A DNA stretch of 63,603 nt, counting the filler, from Reticulomyxa filosa (lineage: Eukaryota; Protista; Foraminifera), in assembly GCA_000512085.1 (NCBI GenBank). It is 17 parts of 17 records of this genome, joined end to end, with 100 filler letters (N's around TTAATTAATTAA, not from the genome) between each part and the next. Parts side by side here need not be neighbours in the genome. Positions count along the whole stretch, not along the records: positions 49,259 to 56,568 come from ASPP01015831.1; positions 56,669 to 58,697 come from ASPP01026571.1; positions 58,798 to 60,310 come from ASPP01005795.1; positions 60,411 to 62,381 come from ASPP01008720.1; positions 62,482 to 63,603 come from ASPP01021697.1; 12 more parts are not named here. One strand, written 5' to 3'. Positions 49,896-63,570 of this stretch are shown in pieces (the first letter of the stretch is position 1; the number at the start of each line of letters is the position of its first letter). The notes beneath the pieces were generated by a model. That model did not search any database, was not told the origin of the DNA, and was given only the letters and a program-made list of their open reading frames with translations. A program made the position numbers and the translations under genes.

Positions 49896-52800
49896 TGAAG
49901 AAGAAGCGCAAAGACTGTTGTTCGCTCTGATCGTTAGAGCTGCTGGATTTGTTGGAATGTTATGCAAACTCAAGACGGACAATCAAGAAAACGAAGACTA
50001 GTTTGAGTGGAGACATGTCGCTTATATCGGAAATGGTCGTGTACGTGCGCATATGTGCGACTCTGGATTTTGTCATGAGTGTGCTTATATGAATAGTCGT
50101 GGTCAACTGCCCTAGAATGAAAAAGAATAGCACTCATTCGTTCATTAGATCGCAAATCCAAACGTTTGATATATCGAAATACTAGAGTCCGTTCGTCAAG
50201 ATCCAAGTGTGTGACTATATCGACATTATGGTGTCTCAACAGTAGCAGCAGTGTGGAAGGCAATGAAGAAAAGAACGCTCAAGTTACTAGAAAATACTTA
50301 CGCAATGCGCTCGAGCAAATCACATTGGAAGAATTGTTTAATGTGACATTGGTTTAATTTTGTGGTGGAGTTATGCGAAACTCCATGAGACATCTGCAGC
50401 AAGAAGAGAAAGATGATTAGGAGGATGAAGATAAAAAAGAGTAGCACGAAGTCACATCGCATTGGGTTTGTTAAAAAGTCGGCTAGTTTTGTTTAGTTTG
50501 GTTATAGAATTACAGTCTCTTCAAATAATTGTTGGAGTTGCATAGACAAAGACGATATCGAATTGCGACTACAGGCGCAACAAACAATCAAAACTGTCGT
50601 GTGCATGCGCACATTCGCAACGACGTGGACAAGCTGGTTGAAGAATCGAGCAACGAGTCTCCCAAGAAGAAGAAAAAAAAGAATGATATCCATCAATCAT
50701 TAAATCGCAATCGAAGTGTTGGATGTACTGAAAATACCATCGCAAAGTGTGTCTCTCATCACAACAGATAGACATTTTTCAACTACGAAGTCCATCGCTC
50801 TTGGAAAAAATTGACAATATTTTCACAGATCGTCATGAAAATCTGATCTTGGTGCGCCAGGCGACGAAAGAAAGCTCACCAAGAAGAACAAAAACGAAAG
50901 GTGTAGTGATACTCGCAAAGTAAAAAAAGATTGTGCTGCAACGGCTGCAGAAAAGAAGTGGAAATAGTTAGGAAATGCTTAATCATTGCAATCGAGAAAA
51001 TCACTTTTATGAGAATGTTCCATATCGAGTGGTTTAATTTGGTGGAGTTGTGCGAAACTCCGTGGAGACATTGACCAGCAAGAAGATGAATATGACGAAG
51101 AGGAGAAGGAGGACGATAAGAAAAGAAAAAAATCACCATATCGCGTTGGGTCTGTGAAAAAACAAACAAACAAGTCAGTCTGCCAGATTTACTTAGTGTA
51201 GTTATGTAAGTCTATTCACGCCCGCGAGTGAAGACTTCATGTTTCCAGACATGCACTACCTTCACACAAAACGCACCAATCAAAGAGAATGAATAGTGTG
51301 TGGAAATGCCTAGCAGTAGTAACTGGAAAAAATTGAATAGAATTTAGCCATCAACATATTCGCACAAAAGTCTCTAGTGATTTGCTACTCCAACAGTGAT
51401 CCGCAAAGATAGTACCAAACTGCGATTTACAGACTTCACCAAACAAGTGAAATCTGTTTGTTATAGGAATATGCTAATTAATCGAGCTTACTGTGCGCAT
51501 ATTCGCAGCTTTGGCTTTTTAGTCGTCCGTGTGCTGCTGATGGGAGAAATGGTGATATTGCGAGTGACATAAGCATTATGATTGGTGAAAAGAGAAAGAA
51601 CGAGAACTAGTTGCATTTTCTGTCTTAGTTCGGCAAAGATTATTAGTGCTTATCCGACAGACCCAATGTACTAGGCTCTTGCAGTGATTGTCTCCGGTAT
51701 CAATTATGAGCTACAAACGGCGTGTTGGATGCGACTCAATACTTTATATTCGTTGCATTATCACAGTAATTGGATAACATTAAAGTGTCTGTCATCAAGT
51801 TTAGTTGGATTCGAGTCGACGTGGTTTTAAATGTGAATCTCATAGTGACTTTGGTGTACTCAAAAATTGTTGAACTATGTCACTCAAGAACGAATAGTCC
51901 AATAGTGAAAAAGAAAATACGAGTGGTATATTCTATCATTAAATCACCAATTCGAATATTGTCGAATGAGCACGTGAGGATGGATGCAGAAATTTTTAAT
52001 CACAGCCATTATCCAACGCCAAAGTGTATCCATCATTACAAGGACGACAGAGTGGATGAATTTCGTATTTAGAAAATACCCAATCATATGAGGCATGGAA
52101 TAATTTTAAAAAATTGTCCAGTTCAATCGTGAACAACATTATTTTTGGTAAGCTTGCTTTCGTAGTCTGGCAGCACCAAGATCCAGACAGAAAGACGTTG
52201 CGCAAAAGAAAAGCGATATCGGCATCACGATTGGATGGATCGAAGAAATTGAAGACAAAGAAAGAGAAAACAATCAAATAAGCCATCTCGAAACAATTTT
52301 CCGATGTTGTGACTCCAATTTGGTGGGCTCGGTTTGCGATACTCAAGTCAAGATCATTGGCAAATAAGAAGTGAAGAAGATTAGAAAAAGATGAGTCAAG
52401 GCCATATCGTCGTTGGATTTGTTTTTTTTAAAAAAAATCATTTGCCGACGTTATTTTGATAATGGATTGGCTCTGTCACGCCCACATTAGCGATTTTGCG
52501 CATCTTAACATGGACTAATTTCACATAGTGTATCTCTCAATGGAAGCTACTTGATAAGTGTGATAATGCCAAGTACAGTCCAATGATAACGACAACATTA
52601 ACGCAGTCCATGTTCCTTCTATTATTTGTCAATGATTCAATACATCGGACTGGTGTTCTAATATTTGGTCCACTGCTGTTGGAGTCGCAGAAGAGAGGTA
52701 ATGTTGTTGCAACATTTATTACAAAAAGCAACAAGCTGTGCCAATCGATAAATGGATCGACGATTCAAAAGTCGCTCCATCATTTGCCAAACGAAATAAA

Positions 52801-53020
52801 AGCTTGGATATTTGCAATGCGTTTGTGGCTCTGGTCCATGCTGAGTGCAATATTTTATGTCAGCAGTCGAGCCCCTCTAAGTCATAGCTCAATTGTTCCA
52901 AATAACGGAGTAATTGATTGAAGCATTATCGTTGAAACCAACGCGTGCATTCTAAAACAAGAGTCCAAGGTATTTTGTTGGTAATTTGTGCGCCTATCTC
53001 TTTCATGTGATCTAGATACT
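49890..53020 (+). pseudogene. Long degraded coding region with internal duplications, family unidentified
   Basis: Coding-like composition with dense stops; block at about 50290-50478 recurs diverged at about 50965-51162, with a partial echo at about 52370-52430. Confidence 0.45.
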
Positions 53021-54739
53021 ATAATTCGTGATTGGATCCATTGCCTGAAAAGTTTTTGTTTTATGTGTATATATTTAATATAAAACATCTTTATAACGTA
53101 TATTTATTATTTATTTATATATGTATTATGTGTTGCTTGAACTTTGAATATATCTTTAAGGTGTGCAAATGGAAATGGGAAGTTGTTGTCAATATCTCCA
53201 TTGGTACTGAAGTGAATCCCCAGCAGTAATGGTAATTGTAATAGCGACTGTTCATCGATTATGGATCATGATGTTATTCTTTGAATAACGTATAATTTGG
53301 AAAAAAAAATTAAGTGTCCATATTCGTGTACTGTGCTCATGATTGATTGAAAATGGTGAGCTGCGCAACCTGTATTCCAAGTTATAATATTTTTTTATAA
53401 TGTGATTGTAAAAGTATTTAAAACATGTATGATGGATACACACGTATATAACATAGGTCCCAAAGAATACAACACATATCAATCGAACATTGAAAAGTGG
53501 TTGCGGTGCCAGCAAGCAAGTTGGAATAAAGTCAAATAATGCCAAGTTTTGGCATGTCCGATTGCAAGTATTGATACTTGCCTCAAATGTTGTTTGTTTG
53601 TCCGTTGGAAGTTCTTTTGATTTTTTTTTAAATAACAACGTTAATGTCTCTCCAGCTCACCTAATTTCTTTCGCATCAAATCATATCAATTGTAAAAAAT
53701 TTCTGAATTTTCGTTTTCACTTTTGCCTTGAAAAAACTGATAATTGGAATTAGTTGCACGTGATAATGTGCAATATGCTCTTATATTGCTTAAAGTTGGT
53801 GCCAAGGAAAAAAATAAGGTCTAAAAGAGCCATGCGTACGTCGATTGTACAAAATATGATTGACTCTTGACACTATTCCGGCAAAAAAGACATCGAGTAG
53901 TATCTTCTTGATGTCGAGAATATGTCATAGTTTTATTTGACAATTGATTGCAATTGTTGCAAGATAGTAAACATTGCAGGCATTGGATAGTGAAAAGTTA
54001 TTTGCTTTTTGGCTGTTGTGCTTGAAAGTCATTTCTATTTCAATTATATTGATATGCGTTTATAGTATATCGAACAATAATTTTTCAATTTGCAAATCCC
54101 GATATTTGGGAACTTCATCAACAACAAAGTTTGTCACATATCACTCCTAATTCAAGTATTGTGATTGCAAACGTATTTGGTGTGTTACTGACGTTTCAAC
54201 GTCACAATTAATCTAAGATAGCACATGTTTTCCTACATGTTGTGATAATTGATGGAGCAACTCATCAACCTTTTTTCATTTCCTTCAAAGGCTTTAACAC
54301 ATGCATTGAGATGATGATTGACATATTTCGTCATGTCGATTTCAAAATTTTCTAACCTTGAAAAAACTGAGCAAATAGGATGATAATGATCGACAATACG
54401 TTTCAAGTTTTTATTGAGTTTTTGTTTTTCAATCTTCCACTCCAGTAATTTTTGTTTAATTTAAGCAAAGTCAAAGCATTCCAATTTTCTACAACAATCC
54501 AATTTTTATTGAACCGATTTCTTTTCTTATTGGTGTTACGTAATATTTTTTGTTTTTGAGACGCTTGAGATCAGAATCAGCGCTTGTTCCATCATTCGGA
54601 AGTCACTGCACTATTTCTTGATTTTTTACAAACCTTTTTTTATTTTATTTTCCCCCTTGCAATACATTATCAATGTTAACAGATTTTCGTGTTGTGTATG
54701 ATCACAAGGAAGAAATGTATAACACTAAAAAAATATATT

Positions 54740-55040
54740 ACGCACAACTGGCCGATATTGGCTTAATTCAATGAACAATTCATCGACTTCGTCACCGTCA
54801 ATATTTGTTGGTAATGTAATTGGGACAGTTGTTAGTGAGAAGGCGTTGGCTGCATCAAAATGCAACGAAATTTGTCGGCGTATTGCAATGGTGTGAAGGA
54901 GCCATGACACTCCCTATGCACGATGTTGTCGTTGTTCCACTAACAGAGTAATTCTTTGATAGTAAGTAAAGATTTACCGAACACCATCAATCCACTCGCT
55001 TGACGGTCCATACGATGAATTAATCCGGGTGTCCAAAAGC
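54740..55040 (-). pseudogene. RluA/RluD-family pseudouridine synthase fragment, probably pseudogenised
   Basis: PGLIHRMDRQASGLMVFGKS (about 55029-54970) matches the catalytic motif HRLDxxTSG; in-frame TAG about ten codons later. Confidence 0.75.
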
Positions 55041-56860
55041 TCAAAAATTTAACAAAAAAAAACGAGGGAAATAGATATATCAAGTCATTCCATAATCGAG
55101 GAAAATAATGTGCAAGATTTTACACAAGATAAAATGGATAATAAAATTGAAGAAGCTCCTATAAAACGTATGAAGTGAGCAAATTTTTGAAGTCGATGGA
55201 AATGATTTTTTCCCAGGTTTTTGTTCGAAATTTTTTTCAACAAACAAAACAGTTACAAACCGATCTATACAAAAAAAAAAAAACAATTAGAACGGACAAA
55301 AACGGAAATGATATCTGTAGATAGTTTTACAGTAGTAGCATGTCTGCTGTACCATGAAGAGAAGAAATCTTTTTTTTATTTGTGAAACAATTTTGGCCTG
55401 CAATGTTTCATTCCCGAAAACGGGAACTGAAAGAAATAGATATTAGTAAGCTGACAAGTGATATAGAACAAGTTGGATGTATTTATGAATGTTGTGCAGG
55501 TATCAGATGTTTTTTTTTTTTGTTCCGTTCTTTTCACACAAGAAGTTTCGAATCAGACACAATAATACCCGAGAGTAACTTCCAACCTCAATGTTTGTTG
55601 CTGAACAATAGGACTTATCGACGATAACACGCTGCCTCCAGTTGAAACGGTGCATGTTCGAGTGCTTTGTATTTGTTCAAATATGCGTGGATATGTGTTT
55701 TTGTGTTTGGGTGAGAGAAGTGTAATACGACGTGATCTGTTGTTGTGCACCCAATCAAATTTATAAAAAATAAAGAAAGAGACAAAAGAGGAGTGTCGTT
55801 ATAATGTCCCAACAGAAAAATCCCAAAACCGTCGGTGTATCGTCATGGCAGCACTGGATTGATTGAAAATGTGAGTATTTTTATTTTGGTACGATTAACG
55901 AGTCGATGCGAATTTCCAAAGATGGTGGGAATGAACACTAACATGAAATATCGAATTAGTGTTCTATCGGTGAAAGGGTCGTACCGCTTTGTAATAACGA
56001 CCAGTTGGATTTCCCTGTGGGACTGAAGTTTGAAGTTTTCTGGTTTTATCAAACCCTACCCTGAATTGTATAAAGATATGGATCGTTCCTTATAAAATCC
56101 CTTTCTCGCTCTCTATTACCTTTTTTTTAATTTGTATTCAAACGATCAGCTTTGTGAGTGCATTTAAATAAATAAAAGAGAAAAAAAATAATAAGACTTA
56201 GTATTTCTTTTTTGGAAGTTAATGAAATTGAAGAATATTAAAAATTAATAACTTTACTCGTTTTATTTTTGTTACTTGACTTTCACAAATGCTTCAAATA
56301 AAATTGAATTTATTTTAGATGCTCGAGAACTCTTTACTCATTCTCATGTATGATATCCTCTTACACTATAGTATTGAATGAAAGTACCAATAAAATGTAA
56401 AAAAGAGATATATCGCTTGTCTAACTTTAAAAAAATTTCCTTCGAGTTCAACAAAGTCAAAAAATTCTGGAAAAGGAAAAGCGTGTACAATAGATAATCT
56501 TATATCATGTCAAAAGAAGAGACAAAATTTATTGAAGCAACTAAAGATAAAGAAACAAAAGAAGACGANNNNNNNNNNNNNNNNNNNNNNNNNNNNNNNN
56601 NNNNNNNNNNNNTTAATTAATTAANNNNNNNNNNNNNNNNNNNNNNNNNNNNNNNNNNNNNNNNNNNNCAGCCAAGTTACATTGTTTTGGTTTATTTGTC
56701 TTTTATCATTTTTTATTTTGCTATTACTTCTGGGTTCCCCTTCCAAAAGTTTTCACTCTCCTCTTTAAGATCATCTTCAACCTTTGTTGGGATTAATACA
56801 GAACAACAAATATTCCCATTATCCTACCAACAAAATGCGTTATTTGAGTGTGCGACAAAC

Positions 56861-57779
56861 ATGGAACCATTACCACAACAACTAAATTTAAACAAGCGAT
56901 ACCCAAACACAGAATATTTGGACGCAATAGAAAATAGTTGGCAATCATTGAAATATTCAAACGACATTTCACATTGCAACAAAAAAATTAAAAAAAGCGC
57001 CGAAAAAAAAAATCAGGACAAAAAAGCATTTCAAAAGCACAGTAGTCTTCCTCCATCTTTGGAGTTTAGTCGAAAACCAAGAAAGACACAATATACACCC
57101 TATACTGTCAATGACTTTAAAACACTTACTCCAGCCGAACGTGGTACCCTCGGGCCTCAATTGGATGATGAACACACACTTGATAAAGTTTATATTGAAA
57201 AAAAAAGATTAATACTTTAAAAAAAATTTTTGTTGTGGAATTATGTTATAAATAGAAAGCGAATGTCTGCAAAGTTCGACAATACGCGACCTTGGTACAT
57301 TTGAAAAATAAGACACATAGACCCAAACCAAAATCAGCACCACTTAAAATAAAGTCCAAATTGGAAATTGTATGCTTTTTTTCTGCTTTCGTTTTGCTTG
57401 CAAACATGAAGTAAAGATATGTGTGGCAAAATAGTCACTAGACTACGCTAAAAGAGTGGAACAAGTAAACAAAATCAAATGGCAATTTCAATCTTTCAAT
57501 TCAGATCCTTCACAATTACCCACTTCAGGAGGCCCTATGTCAATTCAAATTGACTCAATACAAAGTACTCCCGAATCTTCCCGTGTAGACACAAGTTCAT
57601 TCACTTCTGCTACAACAAAAAAAAAAACTCCTCACTCTCAAGGTCTCCAGCCACCGAGCGTAAAAACAAGTCGCGGACAACATAGCCAATCACACATGCT
57701 TTTGTTGGAACAATTGCGAGAAACACATGAACGAAATAAAGCTATTGCTCATGCTTTACTGAAGATTGAATCAAATTAA
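56861..57779 (+). CDS. JHY: JHY-like (ciliary/axonemal) protein (introns 57188-57255, 57370-57434)
   Basis: YTPYTVNDFK...GTLGP, VRQYA..V...N, SLDYAK and C-terminal LLEQLRETHERNK.IA recall the JHY domain; both introns phase 0 and in frame. Confidence 0.7.
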
Positions 57780-58229
57780 CTTGTTTTGTGTAGGGCATCA
57801 CGCACATATTGTTGAACACTATTAAAATAATAAATCGGAAAAAAAATACAATAACATCCTCTTTAGTTGTAAGAAATGATTTTTATGCAAGTTTAAATAA
57901 CAGAAAATTTTTTGCCTACCATTGTATGAACTCTTTAACCATTATTCAAAATAAAAATAAATACACTTTTATCCAGTTTTTATGACAAATACATTTTCAG
58001 AATTTCTTCCAAAAAGTAGCATTGCAATAAGCAATAGAAAATTGTAACGATACAAAAAACTACGAACAAAAGTTAACTGACCGCCCCTGAAAAGATGTCC
58101 CAAAAAGAGGATTTAGTGAGAATTTTTTTTTATCAATAACTATCATAAAATAATGGAAAGCTTGACAGATTTTGAACTTGGCATTGTTTGTTTGTGTTAC
58201 AATTTGAAAAAAAACGCCCACCCTATATT

Positions 58230-58697
58230 ATGTCTTTGCTTAGAAAGGCTGTACAAAAACGTAAAACAAAAAAACGGACACAATAGCAATCCCCAAAAGA
58301 ACGACTCTATTTAGTGACAGGGGGATGTGGGTTTGTGGGTTCACATTTGGTCGGTAGGCTATTGGAATTAGGACATAGAGTCAAGTTTTATTTGTTTTTG
58401 AATTTATTTCGGCGTCTCTTCCTATCTCTCGCTTTCAAAAAAAAGAAGTCAAAATAAATAAATAAAAAATAAAGGTAAGGATATTAGAAAAGTGAAACTA
58501 AGCACAGACCAATTACCAGACGGATTAGAATCATTTGTAATTGGCGACATTCGAAACATGGACGACTGTTTGTTAGCATGTGAAGGAGTCGACTGTGTGT
58601 TTCACTTGGCAGCAATGACAGAGCTGTGGAACCCTCCGCATTTGTATCAAGAAATTAACGTACAAGGCACCGAGAACATTATTGAGGCATGCAAGCA
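58230..58697 (+). CDS. 3-beta-HSD/NSDHL-like extended SDR (NAD-dependent epimerase/dehydratase), 3' truncated
   Basis: YLVTGGCGFVGSHLV, GDI, GVDCVFHLAA, INVQGTENIIEAC; 36-nt first intron 58251-58286; second intron boundaries unresolved. Confidence 0.9.
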
Positions 58698-58819
58698 NNN
58701 NNNNNNNNNNNNNNNNNNNNNNNNNNNNNNNNNNNNNNNNNTTAATTAATTAANNNNNNNNNNNNNNNNNNNNNNNNNNNNNNNNNNNNNNNNNNNNTTA
58801 TTATTATTATTATTATTAT

Positions 58820-60310
58820 TGATATAATCGTATCTCTTGTCACCTTGTATCGGATGCCACATTTGAACACAAAACAATATATCCATATAAAAATTACAAG
58901 TATGGATCATCCAGGCAATGACATAGATGGGCCGGACATTATCCATTTTCCACACGTGTGCATGCAGATGTGCAAAAACGGTGACGAGGACGACAATGAT
59001 CATTGCGGCGAGCACAAAGTAAAAGACGTCGGACATTGTCGAAGCCAATTGGTTTTGACGCATCACCAGCGAATAGCCCTCCGCTTCGTAACTCAATGAT
59101 TGCAACTCCATGCCACCAATGACAAATCTGCCACTGTTGCCATATTTGGATTTCATCATATTCGACTCGATATTGTCAAATAGCATTTGCGGATTGGGAG
59201 AGCTCCACAAATATTTTATCAACTCGTTTGATGTCTCTACTGAAGAGGTTTTATCATTGCCACTGTAATAGAGTGTTCCTTGTGCTATTGGTTATTATAT
59301 GTACACATACATATACATATGTATATACAAATATAAATATAAATATAAATATAAATATAAATATAAATATAAATATAAATATAAATATAAATATAAAATA
59401 TAAAATATAAATATAAATATAAATATAAATATACATATAAATATATTTATATGTATATGACAAGCATATACCTTTATAGAAAGCCTTATGTGCGATTTGA
59501 TCTTGTTCATTGTAGACCGGATCGAAATTGGACGGGTCTTCATCTTGCTTGCATGTTAACGACAACGAAAACACAGCGCACATGCGAACGCGAGCGATAT
59601 AGAATTCGACGTTTTGAGAGGTCTGCATTTTGTTTTCCAATGTGATGATCACTGCGTTTTTGACGGCAGTCGCCAAGGTGTTGGCGTAATCGCTCAGATC
59701 CATCGTCGCAAAGTTTTGATTGGTGTGGTTGTAGTACAGTTGAAACGTCTCCAAATTCACATTTGTGGGCGAAACGGTGGGGGATTGGCTCGGCGAGTAC
59801 GTCGGCACTGAGGAAGGAGTGCCCGTCGGTACGTACGTGGGAGAGCGACTTGGTGACGACGAAGGGGCAAAGCTGGGATGAGTCGATGGAGCACGAGTGG
59901 GGGACTGGGAAGGGCTTCGACTGGGCGTCCTGCTGGGAGTCCGACTGGGAGCATCTGTGGGATACATTGAAGGAGATTTCGAAGGTGCATTTGTCGGCGA
60001 ATAGCTCGGAACACGAGTAGGCATACGACTGGGATATCCCGTTGGAAAATTCCTTTTTTTTTACCATTGCCACAATGAACCCCAGCAAAAAAATCAACCA
60101 CAAACACATCATTGTCAACCATTTAAAAAAAAAAAAAATCAAATATGTTACCCACAATATATAAATATATATTTATATATATTTATATGTATTTATACAT
60201 ATATACAAACATAACGAAACGTTGGGGCTTTAGTCGGGGGCTGTGAAGGCATACGACTAGGAAACGCAGACGGCACACGTGTTGGGTTACGTGTTGGATT
60301 TCGAGTGGGC
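58820..60310 (-). CDS. Mucin-like P-T/S repeat surface protein with TM segments, partial
   Basis: 4-residue PS/PT repeats (PSRTPSRSPSQSPTRAPS), globular region, then hydrophobic segments (VFYFVLAAMIIVVLVTVFA). Confidence 0.75.
59330..59430. repeat. (ATATAA)n hexanucleotide microsatellite in intron
   Basis: Directly visible repeat. Confidence 0.9.
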
Positions 60311-60435
60311 NNNNNNNNNNNNNNNNNNNNNNNNNNNNNNNNNNNNNNNNNNNNTTAATTAATTAANNNNNNNNNNNNNNNNNNNNNNNNNNNNNNNNNN
60401 NNNNNNNNNNAAAAAAAAAAAAAAAAAAAAAAAAG

Positions 60436-62285
60436 AAAACATGATTCGAGATTGCAAAAATGCAGTCTCTGCTCATGGTGAGGAAGACGTTGTGACGTTA
60501 TCCCAGTTCCATTTGATATTTGAAGATGTCCAAAATGACACGGTGGCAGCTGTGATATTCCGATTTATCCAGCCCGACCCGACCAAGACTGTGGTTTCGT
60601 ATGATATCGTGCTGAATTTCTTGCTTGCGCTTAAGAAAATGCGCCGCAACTGTGACCGAGAATTGCTAGAAAAAAGTCGCTATCAAATGGTAACTCGTCG
60701 AGAATTTATCAACCTGATCACAAAACAGCAAAAGTCTCAAGAGGAAGATAGCGACGAGGATTCACCAGAGGTCATCTCAAACACGAAAAGACAAAAAGAA
60801 CAAGTTCGAGAATTGAAGAAGCAAGCTAACGTTATATTTGATCGCGTCCAAGAAATGAATACATTAAAAGTCACTCTAACGCAAATTCGATTTTTCATGG
60901 TTAGTTTTTTTGTTTTCCAATTGTAAATGTATGTATGTACATGTACATATTGAATATGATATTGGAACATTGTTGGTCATAATGGGGGGGGGCAAAAAAA
61001 AAAAAAAGCATTTGTTAGGAGATGACTTTATTGAGAATAGAAATATTGTCGTATTTGAAAATCGTATTGAACAGTTACATGACAAAGTCTCCAGAAAAAG
61101 GTAAAGACACTGTATTGACACCGGAATTGTTTCAACAACTTTTGGACCTTGGAGACGTTCAAAGAGAAAAAGAAGAACAAAAGAATTCGGTACATTTTTC
61201 AAAAACAAAACAAATTTTTTTTAAAAAAAAAAAAATTAATTAAATGAATACATAAAAAAAAAAAAAATTTGACAAGTCGCTGGCGCTTGTAAAAAGATTT
61301 GATGGGAAATTACAAGACTTGGACGACGTTCCAGATATCCAATCCTCTGCTACAGAAATTTTTGTGAAACTGAAAGCCTTGTTCGAAAGTGATGCCAGCG
61401 TATTGGAACGAGCGAAGCTGAAGGAATTTAACTATGAAGGGTCATCTGTCATCTCGCAAGAAAATCTCGACAAGATAGAGCGACGTCATCGCAGTGCCGT
61501 ATTTTCTTGTCGCGTTGCCTATGACATTCTGGTGACTCTATATTTATATATGCATCTATGTATATGTATATGTATATGTTGTTCTGTGGGAGTAAAGAGG
61601 GGGGGGGGAGAATGTATCTGCAGTGCAACAATGTGTGATGGACTTTTTGTGGATAGAGTCTGTTGGGAGTAATGCTAAGTCGAGTGAAGACAGAGGTGTT
61701 AGGACGTGCACACGGAATGGAATTGTCCAAAGAACAGTTCATTCGAGCTACTCACAAATATGTAGAATCGAAAATGAAGCCTTATGAAAGAATCAAAGCT
61801 TCAAAACTTGCCCCGCTCTATCCAGTCCACAAAGTAGAACGATGTGCCGTTTCCATTTATCAACATTTGTATGATTATGGTTTGCTATTGTGCTTTCCCT
61901 CTTCTTTTTTTTTTTTCTCCCTCCTCTCCTTCTTTGATATACGCTTGGTTGTTGTCTACTGATGGATGATGGGACATTTGTGTTAGAACAACACCACTGC
62001 ACAATGGGCGAAGTCCGAGATATCCTGTCCGAAATGTACATCATGCTGACGGACTTATGCTTGTTGCCACGCTTGAAAAACAAGCTGAAGAGAAAAACAA
62101 ATCCTCAGTCCAATTCAGAAAACTTTGACACCATGGTGGACAGGTAAGCAACAAGTGTACAATACAACGTTTCTTTATGCTTTCTTGGCCTGTGCGACAA
62201 CATATTGTTTACAGATTCAAATGGTGGGGATTCCTGACAATGGAGTGCAGTGTTCAAGGTGAACGTCGTGTCAGCTTGGTCGAGG
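60436..62285 (+). CDS. Multi-exon protein with degenerate EF-hand-like repeats, partial at both ends
   Basis: VTLSQF, VSYD, VTRREF, VTLTQI, LTPELF, LSKEQF, VSLVE helix-entry motifs without canonical Ca-binding loops. Confidence 0.5.

Positions 62286-62381
<96 letters not shown>
62286..62381. repeat. (AT)n microsatellite at intron start/contig end
   Basis: Directly visible repeat. Confidence 0.95.
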
Positions 62382-63570
62382 NNNNNNNNNNNNNNNNNNN
62401 NNNNNNNNNNNNNNNNNNNNNNNNNTTAATTAATTAANNNNNNNNNNNNNNNNNNNNNNNNNNNNNNNNNNNNNNNNNNNNATTAATAAAAGAGTTTGTT
62501 TTTTTAAGGAAAAGATTCATTTCACCGTTTTTTTGAAGTTACATTGTAAAGTGTTTGCAAAATTTCAAGGAAATAAACATATCAATGAAAATGACCAAAA
62601 CAACAAAATTCCTGTCGTAATTAAACTTTTGAAAACGAAAATGAAAAAAATCGTGGATTTCTAAAAGTTGTAATTGTTGGTGTTGTTAGAGTTTGAGTTG
62701 TTGTGGTTGTTAGAATAGTTTGAAGTGTTGTTGGAATAATTGGGATTGCTTGAAGAATTGTAAGAATTGATATTACGATGCTCAAGGATCAAAACGGTCC
62801 TTCCTAAAAAAACAAAAACAAAATATATAAATGAAAAAAAATATATAAATATCATTAACTTGTTAACGGAACAACTAGAAAGATTAAACCAAAAAATATT
62901 TGCGAAAATCGTAACAAATATAATCACAAAAATTTTATACTTGAACTACGATTAGCCATCTATACAGGCAGCAATTTACATGATGACATCTGGAGATCAT
63001 TTCATTTAAGTAAATCTTTAGTTGATTTTTTCTTTCTTGAGTCATATAATTAAAAAAATGATTGGAAATTTATGAAAAAATGAATTTTTTGAACTTAAAA
63101 AAATTTTAATTTATTTTCAACATTTCTTATATTACTTTTAAAATAACAGAAAATTAAAAATAATATTTAAAAAGAATTATCCACTATAATCATATTCTCT
63201 TTGTATAGTATAAGTTTATTGATTGTTTGCAATGACAAAAAAAAAACTTTCTTTACAATCACTATATCTAATTTGGTTATACTTTTAAAATAGCATTTTA
63301 AACGTTCATTATTTTCAATATTGAAATTATTACATTGAAAATATGCAACTAAATATAAACGTATCAAATCACTTTCATTTTTTGGATAAAACATATTCAA
63401 TAAAACTGTGTTCAATCATGAATTATTCACTATCACCAAAAATAAATTTTAATGTTCTATACAAACTTAAACAAATAAAATCATATCTATAACCAACTAC
63501 TAAATCCAATAAATTTAAAATCCAAAAATAACGAACAAATAAAAGGAAAAAAAAAAAAGGAAAACAATGA

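Noticed and set aside
49890-55040. Stop-codon reassignment as an explanation for in-frame stops
   Set aside because: Intact genes end in TAA, TGA and TAG and have no internal stops; the stop-containing regions also have frameshifts, which fits pseudogene decay.
12367-62481. Regularly recurring TTAATTAATTAA flanked by N runs (repeat- or CRISPR-like)
   Set aside because: Fixed 44N-12-44N format is an artificial six-frame-stop contig linker; ORF ends reading LIN or N are artefacts.
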